The position numbers and the translations under genes were made by a program. Below are positions 17,187 through 27,200 of a stretch of DNA of 32,490 bases, piece by piece (the stretch's first letter is position 1; each line of letters begins with the position of its first letter). Location of the stretch: the sequence record DRR723986_6699. One strand, written 5' to 3'. A model generated the notes under the pieces. That model saw only the letters and a list, made by a program, of their open reading frames with translations. It was not told where the DNA came from and did no database searches.

Positions 17187-18431
17187 TTATGTAACGGAAT
17201 GTATAATTTCCGCTAGCGCTTGAATGAATCCATAACTGAACAGCCCAACAACAAGGCCGAGCAGTAGAGTGAGCGCAATAACCGCGATCTGCACAGCCAG
17301 ATTGTAACGACCAATCATTCGTTCAACACGCCAAGTGGTAAATTGCCGAAGGCTCCATACTGCGTCCGGCCCATCCAGCGTGATCCCGAACCTAGCTTGT
17401 TCCACTGGTCCAATTAGTCGAGACTTCTCAAGAGCATTTGGCAGTGCGTGACCGCTTTCAAGCATTTCTCCAGCCACACGGAAACGCTCGGCCAGATAGT
17501 CGACTGGCAGCACTTCACCAACGGCAGCAAAAGCGGCAGGCATGTCGGGCTCGGATTCAATCGTCTTGTCCAGCGTGATGAACCCCATGCACCGAAGATA
17601 ATCACCGCAAAGCAGACGAAACGGGAATGTGCGAAGAACCGACGGAAATGCCCAAACCGTTGTTACCAACAAGGCAAGGAATAAGATTGCAACGATTGTC
17701 AGCGAGACAATCGTAATGATGACTTTTGAACCACCTTCGAATACGAACTGCAACGAGGCCGGCATCTCGATTCCGAACTCGTCGAACACTGCGACAAAGG
17801 TCGGCGCAACAAAAGTGAACGTCATGATTATTGCAGGCAGGGCCCAAAAAACCCAACCAAACATGGCAAACCTGGCGACAATCCTTTCAATCTCCGATTC
17901 AATCCGAAGCGCTGAAATTGTTTCAATGTCACCGCTACGCATCGCTTCTGCAGAACCATAACGATCGAGCAAACGCAACTGAATAATCTCGCGAATCGCA
18001 CGCCCAACCCGATTGCGTTCCAAGGCATAGCCCCACGACAAGCCTCCGCGAAGATCTTTCTCCAACCTGCGGGCTCGACGCGGCAACTGCCCAACTTGCT
18101 CATCCTTGAAGCACTGAAGCATCCGATCTCGATCACCGACGTCACATTCAATCGCAGCCTGGAACAACACTTTACGCTCGAGCCTTCTGCGTTTCCTCCA
18201 CAGCAGCAATCCCAGGACCAAAAGGGCCACCAGCCATGGAATCCCCCATGCTCCCCTCAACCCCACCGCAAGCAGCGAAAACCAAAACAACATGACGGTC
18301 GCCGCCCGAACGATCGAACCAAGAAGATTTCGATGCGTGGCATCTGAGCTGGCACTCGACAACCGCATGGCGACGAAAACACTCATCGCCAGCGGGAATA
18401 GTATGTACCAATTTGACCAGTAAAGGAGCAT
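17187..18431 (-). CDS. T2SS GspF/PilC-family platform protein with extra N-terminal TM segments
   Basis: FVAPTFVAVFDEFGIEMPASL (PilC-type P.F..+F...G.ELP), ESGHALPNAL, C-terminal TM. Start placed at ATG 18431, just after the upstream stop at 18439. Confidence 0.8.
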   Translation of the reverse strand: MLLYWSNWYILFPLAMSVFVAMRLSSASSDATHRNLLGSIVRAATVMLFWFSLLAVGLRGAWGIPWLVALLVLGLLLWRKRRRLERKVLFQAAIECDVGDRDRMLQCFKDEQVGQLPRRARRLEKDLRGGLSWGYALERNRVGRAIREIIQLRLLDRYGSAEAMRSGDIETISALRIESEIERIVARFAMFGWVFWALPAIIMTFTFVAPTFVAVFDEFGIEMPASLQFVFEGGSKVIITIVSLTIVAILFLALLVTTVWAFPSVLRTFPFRLLCGDYLRCMGFITLDKTIESEPDMPAAFAAVGEVLPVDYLAERFRVAGEMLESGHALPNALEKSRLIGPVEQARFGITLDGPDAVWSLRQFTTWRVERMIGRYNLAVQIAVIALTLLLGLVVGLFSYGFIQALAEIIHSVT

Positions 18432-18438
18432 CGCGAGC

Positions 18439-19467
18439 TTAGGCCAGTGAAGTGATGAGCTTGATGAGGGGCTGTAACGCGGTTGCATAAGACCACAACG
18501 ACGACAAAATCAACGTCCCGGTCATTAACAACGCAAAGAACGGGAGAATCGTAATCAACGTCTGGCATCGCTGCGACGTGATGCGATGCAGCAGCCCTGC
18601 GGTATTTTCAAGCTTGGCTTCCATCGATAGCTGGGATTCGGAATCCAACAGACGGATAATCGGCCGAGAAAGCTTGTCGGCAAACACCGAACTGCCAATG
18701 GCCTCACCAATGGGCACACCATCACTAACCTGCCGGGCCACACGTCGCGCGACAATTGCTTGACCGCTGCTGGCCATCGTTTTGGCGACCGCATCGGCAG
18801 CTTGCGTTGGGTTCATGCCAAAAGCAAAGAACAACCTATACCGCTCAAGCAGCTCCTCGAGTGCAATCCATCGAATCGGCTTGCCAACAATAATCAATCC
18901 TCCAATAACGGAGATCCATGCCCATGAAGGACCGGCAAAGTACAAAGTTGCCAAAACGATCCCACACCAAGCGGCCGCGATCGCGAGGCCCAAAATGGCA
19001 TTCGTCTGATCCCTGAAGCTGGCCTTGATAGCGTCTGTTCCAGACAACTCCAACTCGTCCATCCATTCCACGGAAACCATGGTCTGCATGCAGAAGTCGA
19101 AAACCAGTGCAACGCAAAGTGCAAGCGTGAATAGAAGCAGCGGATAGGCAATCGCCCATGTAAACTCTCGCCAAGCAACCCGGGACCGCTGGCGTACGTT
19201 GATCGCCTCGTGGACAAAACCAACCGGATCTTTGATTTGCAGTGCACCGCGAAAAATCTGCTTAAGTTCGGGTGCTAACGCTGAGCCCAGTCGCTCGACC
19301 AACTCTTCCAGCGGTTCGCCATCTTGAATGCCCTTGGCAATGCTGCGCAGCACCGTCCGCCAACTGCGAGGTGCCGCCTGCGCAGCCAACTCCAGCTTGA
19401 GCGCGTCAATGACGCTCGCATCCGCAAGTTGAACTGGCTCACCACCACTATCGTCCGACACGAACAA
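18439..19467 (-). CDS. T2SS GspF/PilC-family platform protein
   Basis: IAKGIQDGEPLEE, WAIAYPLLL, VARQVSDGVPIGEAI; PilC-like TM spacing. Confidence 0.8.
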   Translation of the reverse strand: MFVSDDSGGEPVQLADASVIDALKLELAAQAAPRSWRTVLRSIAKGIQDGEPLEELVERLGSALAPELKQIFRGALQIKDPVGFVHEAINVRQRSRVAWREFTWAIAYPLLLFTLALCVALVFDFCMQTMVSVEWMDELELSGTDAIKASFRDQTNAILGLAIAAAWCGIVLATLYFAGPSWAWISVIGGLIIVGKPIRWIALEELLERYRLFFAFGMNPTQAADAVAKTMASSGQAIVARRVARQVSDGVPIGEAIGSSVFADKLSRPIIRLLDSESQLSMEAKLENTAGLLHRITSQRCQTLITILPFFALLMTGTLILSSLWSYATALQPLIKLITSLA

Positions 19468-19645
19468 ATTTCCCTAAACGACAACGAGACAACCATCACT
19501 ATCTGTAGTGACGTTCGACATTGGATAAAATAGTTACAAAAGTTGCCCGAGTTTAACATTTTGCCGCGCTACGTGTCGAACACTCATCGGCATCCACAGC
19601 GAACCGTGGGCAAATCTTCCGACATGCCCTCGTAAAGTCAACTCT

Positions 19646-20776
19646 ATGGACACCGACCGTTCGACAGCTAACCACCTGCGAACTCAACCGAGTATTCTGC
19701 CGGAGCTCCTGCACAAAGGGCTGAAGTCAAACTCCGACGACTATGCAAACGCTGTTGTTGAACGGCTTCTCCAAACCGCGGCTAGCATGTCCGCCAGCGA
19801 CATACACTTATCTGAAGTCACCGGTGATACGGACAAGTCTGTGGCGTGCAAGTTGCGTGTGCACGGACAGTTGATTTCGCTGCCGGCGATCCCCGACGGA
19901 ACCCGAGCTCGCATCCTGAGCCGGATTAAAGCGCTCGCTCGCCTGGTTACGTATCGAAACGACATTCCTCAAGAAGGACGGTTTGAGTACGGCAACTTCC
20001 AAGTCCGCGTTGGAACACTGCCAATACTCGGCGGCGAACGCGTCGTCATCAGGCTACAACGTCCCGAGGCGAATTCTCTTGCCATCGATCAACTGGGGCT
20101 CGCAACAGAAGACCTTTCGCGGCTTCAGGAAGCACTGTCTGCTCAGGCGGGAGTGATCGCAATTTCCGGTCCAGCCGGCTCGGGAAAAACAACAACTGCT
20201 TACGCCTGCTTACGAGGTATCATCGCCCAGCAAAACAATCGGTCAATTGTCAGTCTTGAAGACCCTGTCGAGTGCACCATTGGCGGGGTCGACCAATCAC
20301 AGATCAACGCAGAAGCAGGTTATAGCTGGGAACTCGGCTTGAAAAGCGTCCTTCGCCAGGACCCAGAGGTGCTTTTGATTGGTGAGATCCGCGACGATTC
20401 GGCCGCCCAAGTTGCGTTCAAAGCCGCCACCACAGGTCAACTGGTCATCACAACCCTGCACGCTCGAAGCGCTGCCGACGCACTGTGTCGTCTGCTGGAA
20501 ATGGGCGTTCCTGCTCATCAAATTCGAAGTAGCCTACTGTTTCTCAACTGCCAACGTTTGCTACCTAAGCAGTGCGAATGCAAGCTCCAGCGGGAGTGCA
20601 AAAAATGCAACGGAGCAGGGGTGCTTGGGCAAACGATGCGATGCGAAACGGTCCCGAGCTTCACTCCCCATCTCGTCCAACGCCTCAACGCGACCCCGGA
20701 TATGCCGGCTCTGCATGAGGCGATGCTTGAGGCGGGAATGCATTCACTTAGCAGCTATGATAGAACTACACAGTAG
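19646..20776 (+). CDS. GspE/PilB-family secretion/pilus assembly ATPase (short form)
   Basis: ASDIHL, PQEGRF, Walker A GPAGSGKTT, Asp box SLEDPVE, Walker B LRQDPEVLLIGEIRD, TTLH, Zn-binding CEC..CKKC. Confidence 0.93.
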   Translation: MDTDRSTANHLRTQPSILPELLHKGLKSNSDDYANAVVERLLQTAASMSASDIHLSEVTGDTDKSVACKLRVHGQLISLPAIPDGTRARILSRIKALARLVTYRNDIPQEGRFEYGNFQVRVGTLPILGGERVVIRLQRPEANSLAIDQLGLATEDLSRLQEALSAQAGVIAISGPAGSGKTTTAYACLRGIIAQQNNRSIVSLEDPVECTIGGVDQSQINAEAGYSWELGLKSVLRQDPEVLLIGEIRDDSAAQVAFKAATTGQLVITTLHARSAADALCRLLEMGVPAHQIRSSLLFLNCQRLLPKQCECKLQRECKKCNGAGVLGQTMRCETVPSFTPHLVQRLNATPDMPALHEAMLEAGMHSLSSYDRTTQ

Positions 20777-20851
20777 ATAAACCTGATTAGATCAATCAGA
20801 TTGGCCGCTCCCGAACGCCGCCCGCGACTCACTCCGACACTTTAGATCGTT

Positions 20852-21883
20852 ATGGCTAACGAACCACTCTCTCTGAAACAACAGATCAGCGTCTGCCAGC
20901 AGATCTGCCGACTTGTGAAGGCTAAACTCCCGCTTTCTGGCGAGCTTGAGAAGCTCGCGCAGAACGCTGACCGGACGACCGCCCAAGCGTCCCAAGGCGT
21001 AAGCAAACAACTCGAATCGGGCACGTCTCTCACAGATGCAATTGCAAGTTCCGAGGATCCACAATCACGCAGTCTTGCCGCGTGCATCGAAGCCGGAGAA
21101 TCCTCAGGGCGCCTCGACGTTGCACTTCAGGCTTGGACGGAAATCCACATCCGCAACTCGACGAACAAGCAATCATTCGTCTACGCGATGCTCTATCCGC
21201 TGACACTCGTCCTATTAACGGCTGGAGTATTAGCTGTCTTGATGTGGCGGCTGATTCCGGATTACGCGCTTACCTACTCCCTGTTCGACACCGAACTGCC
21301 ACTTTGGTTGCAGCTTCTCGTAAGAGCGCGAGAAAACTACATCGTCGTCGTATTGGCGATCCTGGTCGCTATCGCGATACCTTTAGTGATATCGTGGAGA
21401 CGTGGGCGCGGCGAAGGTCGAACCGGACTGCCAAACAACCCGGTGAATTCCAGTCGTCAACAGGCCCTTAGCTGCGAAGTTGCATCGATGCTGCTCCAGC
21501 GTGGGGCGCAACTGGACGACACATGCCGCCTCACAGCACAAGCTGCAGGTCTGAAGCCCGACCTGTGCGAACAAGCGTTTGAATGTATCGCCAATCAAAA
21601 GCCAGTCGAAGGGCTCCGTCCGGAGACATCGACCGTCTTAACGAGTGTCTACTCCGGAGTCCTGTCACATGCGCAGGCCGGCCAAACCCTAGGCGAATTG
21701 GCGGCAAACCTTCATCAGAACGCAAACGAGACCGCCACGCGTCGAACTCGCTGGCTACCGATGCTGGTATCGCTCAGCGTGGGTGGCGTCACCCTCATTA
21801 CCTACGTCACTCTGATCTACATGCCGTGGGTTTTGCTCATGCAAAGAATCGCCTCTCCTGACGTACTGAACATGAATTTCTAA
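20852..21883 (+). CDS. T2SS GspF/PilC-family platform protein
   Basis: LESGTSLTDAI, IEAGESSGRLDVAL, AMLYPL, LIPDYALTYSLFDTELP, C-terminal IYMP. Confidence 0.88.
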   Translation: MANEPLSLKQQISVCQQICRLVKAKLPLSGELEKLAQNADRTTAQASQGVSKQLESGTSLTDAIASSEDPQSRSLAACIEAGESSGRLDVALQAWTEIHIRNSTNKQSFVYAMLYPLTLVLLTAGVLAVLMWRLIPDYALTYSLFDTELPLWLQLLVRARENYIVVVLAILVAIAIPLVISWRRGRGEGRTGLPNNPVNSSRQQALSCEVASMLLQRGAQLDDTCRLTAQAAGLKPDLCEQAFECIANQKPVEGLRPETSTVLTSVYSGVLSHAQAGQTLGELAANLHQNANETATRRTRWLPMLVSLSVGGVTLITYVTLIYMPWVLLMQRIASPDVLNMNF

Positions 21884-21942
21884 CCCCGCAAGAAACGCCC
21901 AAAGACCTTACTCTTGCGTCAGCGTCGTAGCACTTACCGTCA

Positions 21943-22010
21943 CCTCCAGCCGCTTGCGCGGGAAGTCGCGAGCGGGCACCGACGCGTAGCTCTGGTCGGC
22001 GAACGGGAGG
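21943..22010. repeat. GC-rich palindromic (REP-like) element between convergent genes
   Basis: CCTCC/GGAGG closing helix enclosing hairpins CCGCTTGCG/CGCGAGCGG and CCGAC/GTCGG; no U tract. Single copy in this window. Confidence 0.35.
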
Positions 22011-22073
22011 GCGTCACACCCGGTGTAGGTAACAACCAACTGCACCACCGCCCCCATAATACGTCAGCTCCGA

Positions 22074-23885
22074 TCAAACACTAGCCGCAAAAGAGCGAAT
22101 GTCGGCTTCGAGAGCGGACATACGATCTTGCAACTTGGCTTTGGCTGCGGCCAAGTCACTGCTGTCGGCAGGAGAACAACTGGTGAACATATAGAATTTC
22201 ACCTTGGGTTCGGTGCCGGATGGACGCACTGCGAAGTAGTTACCGTCCAACGACAAGTCCAACATCACCATATTGGCGGCTGGCGCGTCGAGAGGTTGTT
22301 TGGTGCCGTCGGGCAGAAGCGTCGTCAGACTTTGGTAGTCCCTCACGCCGGCAACATCGATGCCGCCCAGTTGCTTTGGAGGCGAAGTGCGGAAGGCCTG
22401 CATCAGCTTCTGCATCTGAGCCATTCCCTCGCTGCCTTCCATTTGCACATTCACCAATGTTTCTTGGTGGCAACCGTGCTCAAGCATCAATTCGTCCAGC
22501 CGTTGATGGATCGTCTTGCCTTCACTCTTGAGCTGAGCAACCAACTGACTCATCAACAGACAAGCAACTGCACCATCTTTATCACGAGCATACTGCCCAA
22601 TCACATAACCATGCGATTCTTCGGTACCGAACACAAACCCGTCCGGACCACGCTCGTCCATTTTGCCCGCGATCCACTTAAAACCGACGTGCAAATTCGA
22701 CTCACAATCAACACCGTACCCCCGAGCAATTTTGCCGGTCAGTTCGCTGGTGACGAGCGTTTTCACAATATAAGGCGAACTGTGTAGCAGGCCCAGCGAT
22801 TTCATTTTGCCGCAAACATAGTCAGTCAGCAAAGCACCAATTTGATTTCCCGTGATGGTTGCCCATGGCCCGGTTGTATCGGGGGTCAGCGGTGCCGCAA
22901 CGCCCAATCGATCGCAGTCGGGGTCTGTGGCAAGGATTGCATCGGTGACGTTCGTTTTAGCCAAATCGATCATCGCATCGAAGACGGCCGAGTTCTCTGG
23001 GTTGCTAACGTGTCCAGGCACATTGGGGAAATCGCCGCTTGGTTCCGAGTGAGGCTCGAAGACAGTCACGTCGGCAAAGCCAGCTTTTTCCAGGACGGGC
23101 ATTGTGGCGAATGAACCCACACCATGCAGGGGCGAGAAAATGATTTTCGCGTCACGCGGTCCTTCCCAAGCGAACTTGATCACTTCAGCTAAGAAAGCAT
23201 CGTCGATCTCTTTTGTGCAGATCTCAACCTTGCCAGCGGAAAGCGCTTCTTGAAAATCAACTTTCTTGATCTCATCGGTGTTCATCACATGGTCAATGAT
23301 CGCTTTGTCGTGAGGCGGCAGGACTTGGCCACCGGTCGACCAGTAAACTTTGACCGCATTGTCACTGGGCGGATTGTGACTGGCTGTCACCATGATGCCA
23401 CAGTCGCACTTCTTGTGACGCACTGCATAAGAAAGCTGCGGAGTCGCGCGATACTCGTCCAGAAAATACACTTTGAAGCCGTTGCCAACCATGATCGAAG
23501 CACACAGCTCAGCAAACTCACGCGATCGATGCCGAGTGTCGTAGGCGATCGCGCACGACACTTCTTTGCCCGCCATTTCAGGCAAACTTGCAATGTGAGT
23601 CGCCAAACCTTGAGCACTTTCGCCGATCGTCCGCTCGTTGATCGCGTTGGAACCAAACTCGTACATTCGGCCTCGACGCCCGCCTGTTCCGAATGGAATC
23701 ACGGTCCAAAATACGTCATCCAGCTTCTGCCACTTTTCATCCTGGATATGCTGCACGATTGATTCACGGTACGGGGCATAACGCTCCTCTGAAAGCCAAG
23801 CCTTCAGATTTTCAAGTGCTGGAGCAGTGATTTTGCCGTCTTGTGCAGCCGCAGTGGCCTGTTGAATAGCGTTTTCGACAGTCAT
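22074..23885 (-). CDS. Phosphoglucomutase/phosphomannomutase (alpha-D-phosphohexomutase)
   Basis: FGTGGRRG, TASHNP (phospho-Ser), DPDCDR (metal loop), GTEESHG, RPSGTEPK. Start at ATG 23885 (MTVENAIQ). Confidence 0.95.
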   Translation of the reverse strand: MTVENAIQQATAAAQDGKITAPALENLKAWLSEERYAPYRESIVQHIQDEKWQKLDDVFWTVIPFGTGGRRGRMYEFGSNAINERTIGESAQGLATHIASLPEMAGKEVSCAIAYDTRHRSREFAELCASIMVGNGFKVYFLDEYRATPQLSYAVRHKKCDCGIMVTASHNPPSDNAVKVYWSTGGQVLPPHDKAIIDHVMNTDEIKKVDFQEALSAGKVEICTKEIDDAFLAEVIKFAWEGPRDAKIIFSPLHGVGSFATMPVLEKAGFADVTVFEPHSEPSGDFPNVPGHVSNPENSAVFDAMIDLAKTNVTDAILATDPDCDRLGVAAPLTPDTTGPWATITGNQIGALLTDYVCGKMKSLGLLHSSPYIVKTLVTSELTGKIARGYGVDCESNLHVGFKWIAGKMDERGPDGFVFGTEESHGYVIGQYARDKDGAVACLLMSQLVAQLKSEGKTIHQRLDELMLEHGCHQETLVNVQMEGSEGMAQMQKLMQAFRTSPPKQLGGIDVAGVRDYQSLTTLLPDGTKQPLDAPAANMVMLDLSLDGNYFAVRPSGTEPKVKFYMFTSCSPADSSDLAAAKAKLQDRMSALEADIRSFAASV

Positions 23886-24217
23886 CGTATCTCGGTATTT
23901 TGGGTTAGGCCTGAAAGGTTGTATGTGCGCGGACGTTTCGGTTCCACCGTTCAGCCCCGGTGAGGGACTGGGGAGCCAGTACACCGGAATTGTAAGTGTT
24001 TTCCGTCCTGTGCACATCGGGCAGTTTGCCTATGCGAGTGCGAGCAAGTGCTAACACTAATCATTGGGGAAGTACAATAGAATCCGCAGCGAGGAGCCAG
24101 CGGCTGGCACACGAAATTAGAAACGCACGAAGCGATCTTGTCGCGAATGCGTGAACAAACCAGTTAGATAAGGTCATGTGCCTTGTAATGAGATTCGCAG
24201 GCCGTTCCAGGAATCAA

Positions 24218-27200
24218 TCAGAAAGAGGCGGCCTTGGATCGTCCGAGAATTTCAAACAGCCGTGTCTTGGGCAGCGTCTGGTCAAACATGGGAGTTTGCT
24301 TGGCAACCTCAATTAACTGCTCATTCTCACTCATGGCGACGATGCAAATGGAATCACCGCGTCGCTCGCGAAGCTGCTTGGCAACGCCGAATCCATCGAT
24401 TCCTTGCATATTCAAATCAACGAGCACAATGCTATACACCGCATCAGTGGCCGTCTCTACTGAGTCTACCGGACGCACGTACTCTGCTTCCTGCCCAAGC
24501 TTTTGCAGTAGTTGTACGACAGTGGTGCCGACGTATTCCATATCGTCCACAACCAATATGCTTCCCTTGGACTTAAGCAGTCCAACGCTTTCCATGTCAC
24601 GCTCCATACTTTTGCTTCCCTCGGGGGCAAAGTGAGGCGCAAGTGCACCACCGAGTTCGTCGTGCGGCATGTCGGCGACGACATTCGGGTCAATCAACGA
24701 ATCTTGAGAAAGCTCTAGACTAAACTGAGAACCTTCCCCCAACTTGCTCGCAACATTCAGTTGCCCACCGAGCATTTCAGCCAGCGACTTGCAGATTGCA
24801 AGCCCAAGCCCAAGCCCATCTCGCTGGTTCGCACGATTTGCCAACTGGTAGAAAGCATCAAATATCGCCTCCAACTCTGCAGCCGGCATTCCAGCACCAG
24901 TGTCCTCGACTACGAATGTGGGCAGATCATTCCGCATAACAAACCGTAAGGTAATGGTGCCCTCCGGGCAGTGCTTTACCGCATTGTCGAGCAGGTTCCT
25001 TAGAATCTCCTTAAGGGCTTGGGCATCGCTGTATAGCTGCAAAGGCGTGTCTGCATCGACTTGTACCTCAAGCTCGCGTAGATTCCCACGATCAAGGATC
25101 AAGCTCTCGCGCCGCAACTCCTCGAAAATTGTCTGAACGGTAATATATGATTTTTCCGCAGCGCCGCGTCGCTTTGCTTTTGAATAACTCAAGAGCTGCT
25201 TGGACAGGTAATCCATGCTTTCAGCAGAACCAGTTAGAAGCGACGCTGCATCGTCGGGAGCCAGCTCACCGCTTCCGAGCATCTCAGTGCACGCAAACAC
25301 GACGTTTAGGGGATTCTTGAGGTCGTGGCAGACTCTCAGCAGTAGTCGCTCACGCTCCTTGGCACCCTGTTCGGCCAATGCTCTCCGCTCACGCTCGATT
25401 TGTGCTGTTTGACGTTCGGCGGCTACCCGAGCTTTTCGAGACCGGCGTGACTGCTGTACGGAGTAGATCGTGATCGCTAGAGCCCCGACTGCAAATAGGA
25501 CCGTGGCCCAACGGACAATCCGCCAACGCCACCACGGTAAAAAGACATCAATTGGCACATATACAGACGACGAAAAATTGAGGTCATGATCAAACGCTTG
25601 CACCTCGACCTCCAACAGCCCTGGGGAAGAAGGGCGAATCTGCAGCACGCCATCCGAAACGGCAAGGTACTTCCACTGACCTTCCGACTGGCGATACCGG
25701 TAACCGGCTTGTCCGAACGGATTGGAGACGCTCAGCTTTGCTTGAAAAACAGTGTCTTTTTCAACTTCAAACGGGCCTTCTGCCGGAGCGACTCGTTCAT
25801 TCGAACTGTTGGTCACTTCAACGTAGCAGAAAAACTCACGCTCACGCCTTTGCACGCGGGCGTACCACTCGCTAGTCGTCAACCAGTAAGCCCCTTCACT
25901 TTCGTACTCTATATCCCAAACCATATTGGTTGGTACCGCTTCGCCCAAGTCGACTTTCGCCCAAACTCCTTCACGCAGCAAATACACTCCGATGTTCCGC
26001 ACTGATACCATGACGTCGTCGGAGTCGGGCGCCATCTCGATGTCCTGGATGAACGCCCTGTCTTTAAACGGCGCATCTACCAATCGGCATTCGTCTTCTT
26101 GTTCGTCGTATGCGTAAAGACCTGTTTTTGTGCCAATCAAGACAACATCTTGCCCATCAATATTGGCCTGGCCGAAGTGAGTTACCTGTTGCCGAGTGGT
26201 TCCGGGCAAAGCCTTCCAGTTACGGTCTTCAGACGAGTCGCGTAGTTTGCAGAAGCGTCCATTTCCATCGCCAATCCATACCGCACCACCATCCAAGATG
26301 TCGACGGCCGTTAAGGCAAAAGGCCTCTCGGGCGTCTGGTGGCTTTCTAGTCTCGATCCATGAATTCCAATTTCAAACAAACCTCGATTAGTGGCAAGAA
26401 GAAGCTTCCCGCTGGGTAGCTTTGTGTAGCTCTCGAGTTGTAAGTAAGGCGCATCGGTCAGGAGCTCGAAGCGAGTTAGGTCCTCACCGGAGCTGTACAA
26501 GTGATAGACCGGCTTGACATTGATCCTGCTTCGATCATACGCATTCATAGAGGGGAATCGAAGAATGTGCTGATCAGTTAGGAACACGCCTATTTTAGAC
26601 TCATTTCCAAGAAGGCGTGAGATTTCACCATCGCTCCACATGTGCAAAGGCATTCGCTTCCCAGAAAGCAGCACGCCCTTTCCCCCAATTTCAACCTTAG
26701 TCTTACCGCTCAGGACAAGGCCTTCTGGAAGCCCAACCACCTGAACCGCCGCTGGCTCTACGCCGATAATGCGGCCGCCAACAGTCCCAACAAGTAATCC
26801 GTCGTCGCCCCATTCTGCTGAACTCTCCCAAGCTTCACCTGTCTCGACGACCTTCAAACGCCCTCCTTCGGCGCGTGAAACCCACTGCGTGTTGCACACC
26901 CATACACCACCGCCGCACCGCAAGTCGCAAGGTAACTGCGTAAAGGGCGAGTGCGAAACCTTCTGCCATTCACCGGCACCATCCTGCCCAGCCAGTGCCT
27001 GCAAACCAAGAACGAAAAGCCTACCGCTCGCGTCGTAGCCGATCCCTTGGACACCGGTTACAGGTATCGGCTGCTGTTCGAATTCACCTTGGTAAAGGTC
27101 CTGGCGGTGGTAGAGAGCGAAAGCATCACCGTATATCAAGCCTTGATCACCAACATCAAATTCACGCACCCTACCGTTGTGGACAACGACTTCCTTAGCG

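Noticed and set aside
22128-23762. Plus-strand ORFs of 90-219 aa
   Set aside because: Antisense shadows of the phosphohexomutase with no recognisable motifs.
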